This document shows positions 25,314 through 28,774 of a stretch of 28,774 nt of DNA, piece after piece. The stretch is from a virus. Taxonomy: Duplodnaviria; Caudoviricetes. The stretch covers positions 1-28,774 of the IMG/VR virus record IMGVR_UViG_3300030330_002824; one strand, written 5' to 3'. The notes under the pieces were generated by a model, which had not been told where the DNA came from, searched no databases, and saw only the letters and a list, made by a program, of their open reading frames with translations. A program made the position numbers and the translations under genes. Within the stretch, counting starts at the first letter, position 1. The number at the start of each line of letters is the position of its first letter.

Positions 25314-25504
25314 AGTGTGTGAAGTGCGGATCTCACGTCAAAAAGAGACGGGTCCAACTGGGTTACAAGATCTGCCTTGAATGCGGAGCGAAGGCCGCTG
25401 CCGCAGAGGCGATGAGAAGGGCGGGGTGTGTCGCCCCTGCCTTCAACAAGGGTGCGTACCAGCCGGTGTTCACCCTGCAAGATGCAAAGGATGTGGGTAG
25501 ATGA
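25310..25504 (+). CDS. C4 zinc-finger protein, DksA/TraR-finger-like (64 aa)
   Basis: AAGGAG RBS, GTG start. CVKCG....KRRVQLGYKICLECG...NKGAYQ. Confidence 0.75.
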   Translation: MKCVKCGSHVKKRRVQLGYKICLECGAKAAAAEAMRRAGCVAPAFNKGAYQPVFTLQDAKDVGR

Positions 25505-25545
25505 GTTACGAGGTGTAGCTCGAACCAACAGGGGGGGGTGAGAGT

Positions 25546-25617
25546 ATGACGATGGCAATTGCTGTGGTTGTTTACGTTTTGTTTCTGATCTTTTTGATCA
25601 ACAAAGTAGGAGGATGA
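25546..25617 (+). CDS. Possible 23-aa hydrophobic peptide
   Basis: MTMAIAVVVYVLFLIFLINKVGG after a G-rich RBS-like stretch; fills the gap in the operon. Confidence 0.4.
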   Translation: MTMAIAVVVYVLFLIFLINKVGG

Positions 25618-25618
25618 A

Positions 25619-25861
25619 GTGAAGGTGAAGGATAGTGATACGAAGGAATCGAGAGAGTACGAGCCGATGTACATCAACCAGATAACGGAGGATGATGAGT
25701 ACGATAGAAACGAAATGGATCGGGCTGTGTATATGGCTTTGATGGATCAGCTAGAGCGTGACCGCATCGCAGAAGAAGGGAGTGCGCTGCGAGGTCTGGT
25801 CTGGGCTCTGGCTTGCATGAGCATGGCTGCTCTAGCCATTGGCTTTTTCATGGGAGAATGA
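25619..25861 (+). CDS. Hypothetical protein with C-terminal TM helix (80 aa)
   Basis: AGGAGG RBS; acidic N-terminus; GLVWALACMSMAALAIGFF. Confidence 0.7.
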   Translation: MKVKDSDTKESREYEPMYINQITEDDEYDRNEMDRAVYMALMDQLERDRIAEEGSALRGLVWALACMSMAALAIGFFMGE

Positions 25862-26115
25862 GAGTGGATGACGAAGAAGTGGACAATGACCAGTTGGCAG
25901 ATCTAGTCGTTGTTCTGGAGATGCAGTACGACGACCGCTCCCCATTCAAAGGGATGATCGATCTTTCTCCGGCAATCAAAACTCTTCGGCAGTTGGATAT
26001 CCACCAGCACCGTCAGGTGTATAGCCAGCTAACGGATAGCGCCAAGGAGAACATCTGGATGGAGACGGAGGGCCACATGGCTCTGAAGGATTTTATTAGG
26101 AAGCACCGGGAGTAG
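25858..26115 (+). CDS. Hypothetical protein (~85 aa)
   Basis: ATGA overlap at 25858 with the upstream stop. Confidence 0.65.
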   Translation: MRVDDEEVDNDQLADLVVVLEMQYDDRSPFKGMIDLSPAIKTLRQLDIHQHRQVYSQLTDSAKENIWMETEGHMALKDFIRKHRE

Positions 26116-26116
26116 A

Positions 26117-26130
26117 TTTACCCGGGTAAG
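26117..26130. repeat. Palindrome copy 8
   Basis: TTTACCCGGGTAAG within AGATTTACCCGGGTAAGTCT, right after a stop codon and upstream of a promoter-like element. Confidence 0.85.
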
Positions 26131-26154
26131 TCTTCCACAGTATCTTTTTGATAC

Positions 26155-26182
26155 TTGAACACATGTTGTGTTGATGTACAAT
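26155..26182 (+). promoter_or_regulatory. Putative sigma70-like promoter for the DUF3150-like/AAA/peptidase operon
   Basis: TTGAAC-16 nt-TACAAT in an AT-rich gap, followed by an AGGAG RBS. Confidence 0.5.
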
Positions 26183-26212
26183 TAGATCTAGTTCATATAG
26201 TTAGGAGTAGTT

Positions 26213-27121
26213 ATGTCTTTGCGTGATTCACATCAGCTTCTTGAAATCCACTGCTCGCTGCCGGGTGGCTCCAAGCAGAACCAAGAAGCAATCGGGGAAC
26301 TCTCTCACACTTACAACTGTGACCCCGAATTGATCAACGTCACAAACAAGCTGTTCAGTCTGGAGCTGAAGGATGTGCGGGCACATCAGGCCAAGCTGCG
26401 GAAGGAGGGCAAGAAGCACGGTCTGCCCTTCGACCCGCCTGCCGTGATCATTCGGTACTCGGTCGTGGATAAGGTGATGCCTTTGCTGGAGGAGATGAAG
26501 CAGGAGAACTTCTACATGTACCAGCAATTCCTCAAGATCTACCCCGATATCATCGAGGCTAGACGGAGGGACGGCACGGGTATGGGGAGGATGTTCAACG
26601 AGTCAGACTTCCCCTCAGTTAAGGCACTGGAGGAGAAGTGGGCCATCCACATCGACCTGAAGGAACTGCCCGATCCGAACTCTGACGTGCGAGTCGGTGC
26701 GTCGGATGCTCAGATCCAGAGGACGAGGAAGTCCATGCAAGAGCAGCAGGATCGGTTCATCCGGCAGGCTGTCGTGTCAATGCTGGCCGAGATCCGTGGC
26801 CCGCTCGCCAATATCGTGGAGAAACGTGACGTGTATAAGGGTGGACGGAAGGGCCGATTCCACAACGCCACGTTCATTGGGAATGTTCGTGATGTGGTGA
26901 ACAAGATCATCCCGAACAATCTTACCGATGATCCTGAGATCGAGGAGATCAAGCGAGATTTGATCAGGGAGATCTGCCCGCTTGAACCACAGGAGCTTCG
27001 GGACAACCCCGCCATGCTGAAGAATGCTGGCGATAACGCAGAGGAGATCATCAAGAAGACCGACAAGTTGATCAGCAAGTACCAGAACATGTCTACGTTT
27101 GGTTCAGGAATTGCCATCTAA
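26213..27121 (+). CDS. DUF3150-like helical protein (302 aa)
   Basis: NKLF...FL..YP.........G.MFNESDFPS...L..K...ELP...D.R...NLTDDPEIE...ELRDNP pattern, and the usual position upstream of an AAA ATPase and vWA-peptidase in phages/MGEs. Confidence 0.6.
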   Translation: MSLRDSHQLLEIHCSLPGGSKQNQEAIGELSHTYNCDPELINVTNKLFSLELKDVRAHQAKLRKEGKKHGLPFDPPAVIIRYSVVDKVMPLLEEMKQENFYMYQQFLKIYPDIIEARRRDGTGMGRMFNESDFPSVKALEEKWAIHIDLKELPDPNSDVRVGASDAQIQRTRKSMQEQQDRFIRQAVVSMLAEIRGPLANIVEKRDVYKGGRKGRFHNATFIGNVRDVVNKIIPNNLTDDPEIEEIKRDLIREICPLEPQELRDNPAMLKNAGDNAEEIIKKTDKLISKYQNMSTFGSGIAI

Positions 27122-27138
27122 TCATAAGGAGTTTTATC

Positions 27139-28317
27139 ATGGCAGTTGATATCTTTAATCTTCTCGAAGTGAGTCGTATCTCACAGACCGATCCCACTTT
27201 CTCGGATGACGCATCGCCCCTATGGATTTGGTCTGACCCGGGACTCGGCAAGACGAGCATCATCGGCAGCTATTGTAAGTCGGTGAATCATTACATGCTC
27301 AAGGTCATCCTTGGCCCCACTCCGGCACCGGATCTGAGTGGGTTCTGGATTCCCGACCTGAAGTCTGGGACCGTGGAGCATCTGATCACGGACAAGTTGA
27401 TCGGTCACAACATCCCGGAAGCGGAGGGATACGACGGTATCTGTGTGTTCTTCGACGAGGTGGCGAACTCCGGCGACGAGCAGCAGACCGCGATCCAGTC
27501 GATGGTCGAGGATGGTGAGCTTGGTGGGAAACGCAAGGCGGATAACGTCTGGTATGTGTTTGCATCAAACCACCCCGGATCTAACTGTGGTGCAAATGAA
27601 GTGGTCCTTTCTCTCAGGCAGAGAGCCGCAGATGTTCACGTCCTGAATGATGATCAGGCGAACAAGCGAGAGGGTGCGCTCAAGGATTCTCCGTACATCT
27701 CTGTGGAGAAGGAGTTGTTTCCCACATGGCTTGAGCTTGCGATCGAGGATTGGGATATCGACGATCGCATTACTGGGTATCTGCACTACACGATGCGGGA
27801 CTCAGCAGGGGGCGCAGTCGATGGGATCGACAGTGAAGGCTCAGCGTTTCACCGGTTTGATCCGATGGCTGCTGACCCGAACCAGCCCAGCCCTCGATCG
27901 TGGTCGAAGCTGAGTAACATCCTCAAGATTACTGACGATGAGGATACGATCAGAACCTACGCATCTGGTCTAATCGGTGCCGCCCAGTTCAATCACTGGT
28001 GGGGCTGGTGCAAGCTGGCCCAGAAGGTGCCGCTCTACGAGGAGGTCGTGGCTCCGGGTGGGGATCCGATGGTCCCGTCCATCACTACCCCGGACCAGTG
28101 TTACGCCGTAATGATGAACATTGCGAGAGGCGTGCGTGGTCGTGGTGAGGATATCACCAAGGAAGAAGTCGAGGCGGTACTCCAGTATCTCCGAAGACTG
28201 CCGGAGACCTACGCTGCATACGGATGGGTCGTGTGCAAGAAGAACAACCCCGCATTCACAGAAAGGACAGATGCCCAAGCTGCTTTCATCGCTGACTACC
28301 TTGACGCTATCCGATAA
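27139..28317 (+). CDS. MoxR-like AAA+ ATPase (392 aa)
   Basis: Walker A variant IWSDPGLGKT, DLSGF..P, Walker B VFFDE, sensor ASN, and PSPRSW motif. Confidence 0.85.
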   Translation: MAVDIFNLLEVSRISQTDPTFSDDASPLWIWSDPGLGKTSIIGSYCKSVNHYMLKVILGPTPAPDLSGFWIPDLKSGTVEHLITDKLIGHNIPEAEGYDGICVFFDEVANSGDEQQTAIQSMVEDGELGGKRKADNVWYVFASNHPGSNCGANEVVLSLRQRAADVHVLNDDQANKREGALKDSPYISVEKELFPTWLELAIEDWDIDDRITGYLHYTMRDSAGGAVDGIDSEGSAFHRFDPMAADPNQPSPRSWSKLSNILKITDDEDTIRTYASGLIGAAQFNHWWGWCKLAQKVPLYEEVVAPGGDPMVPSITTPDQCYAVMMNIARGVRGRGEDITKEEVEAVLQYLRRLPETYAAYGWVVCKKNNPAFTERTDAQAAFIADYLDAIR

Positions 28318-28328
28318 GGAGAATTTAA

Positions 28329-28774
28329 ATGCAGGATCTAGTCAAGCTTGTAGAACGAGACATCAAGCAACATCGAACGAGGATCTTCTCCGAGCAACCC
28401 CTTTACGCCATCTTGTTGAGCAGGCTTAACAGTCTGGTCGTGACAGATGGACAAGTGATGGGCCGCAAGCTGCCTACCGCAGCTACCGATGGGAAGTGTA
28501 TCTACGTCAATGCTCCGTGGTATTGGGGTCTGCCCCGGGAATCTCGATTCCCTCTGTTTCTCCATGAGCTACTACACGTCGCTCTGGGTCACAACTACCG
28601 GAGGGGCAACCGCAATGAAAGGCTCTGGGGTATTGCTTGCGACTATGTGATCAATCTGATCATTCGCGAGTTGAAGATGTACATCCCAGATTGGTACTGC
28701 GATACTCGATTCTTGGGTCTATCCGAGGAGAAGGTGTACGCAATACTGGAGCAGGAGGAGCAAGCCAAGCAAAA
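28329..28774 (+). CDS. DUF2201-like HExxH metallopeptidase (usually fused to vWA), truncated at window end
   Basis: AAGGAG RBS, ATG at 28329. LPTAATDGKCIYVN...LFLHELLHVALGH..RRG.R...LWGIACDYVIN. Confidence 0.85.
   Translation, partial: MQDLVKLVERDIKQHRTRIFSEQPLYAILLSRLNSLVVTDGQVMGRKLPTAATDGKCIYVNAPWYWGLPRESRFPLFLHELLHVALGHNYRRGNRNERLWGIACDYVINLIIRELKMYIPDWYCDTRFLGLSEEKVYAILEQEEQAKQ

Overview
The window is a segment of a tailed dsDNA phage genome (podovirus-like Caudoviricetes) with no recognisable host genes. The minus strand (~1-22.7 kb) carries the morphogenesis arm. Read in transcription order it encodes an Ala/Lys-rich protein, small and large terminase, portal, a GroES-like co-chaperonin, scaffold, a capsid-associated protein, major capsid protein, small basic proteins, head-tail adaptors, a fibre-like protein and a truncated tail nozzle gene. 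The plus strand (~23.8 kb to the end) carries a divergent early-type arm of small ORFs ending in a DUF3150-like / AAA+ ATPase / HExxH metallopeptidase (DUF2201-like) trio. Four unusual features stand out. (1) An AT-rich array of ten ~120-145 aa paralogous genes is organised as a five-gene cassette duplicated in tandem (ABCDE-A'B'C'D'E'). (2) A ~640-nt ORF-poor, densely base-paired plus-strand region follows a sigma70-like promoter and is a candidate large structured ncRNA. (3) Eight copies of a 14-bp palindrome TTTACCCGGGTAAA are confined to non-coding positions of the control/early region. (4) A phage gene encodes an FN3-like protein with a PEP-CTERM-like tail. All product calls come from motif recognition and gene order by eye, not from database searches.
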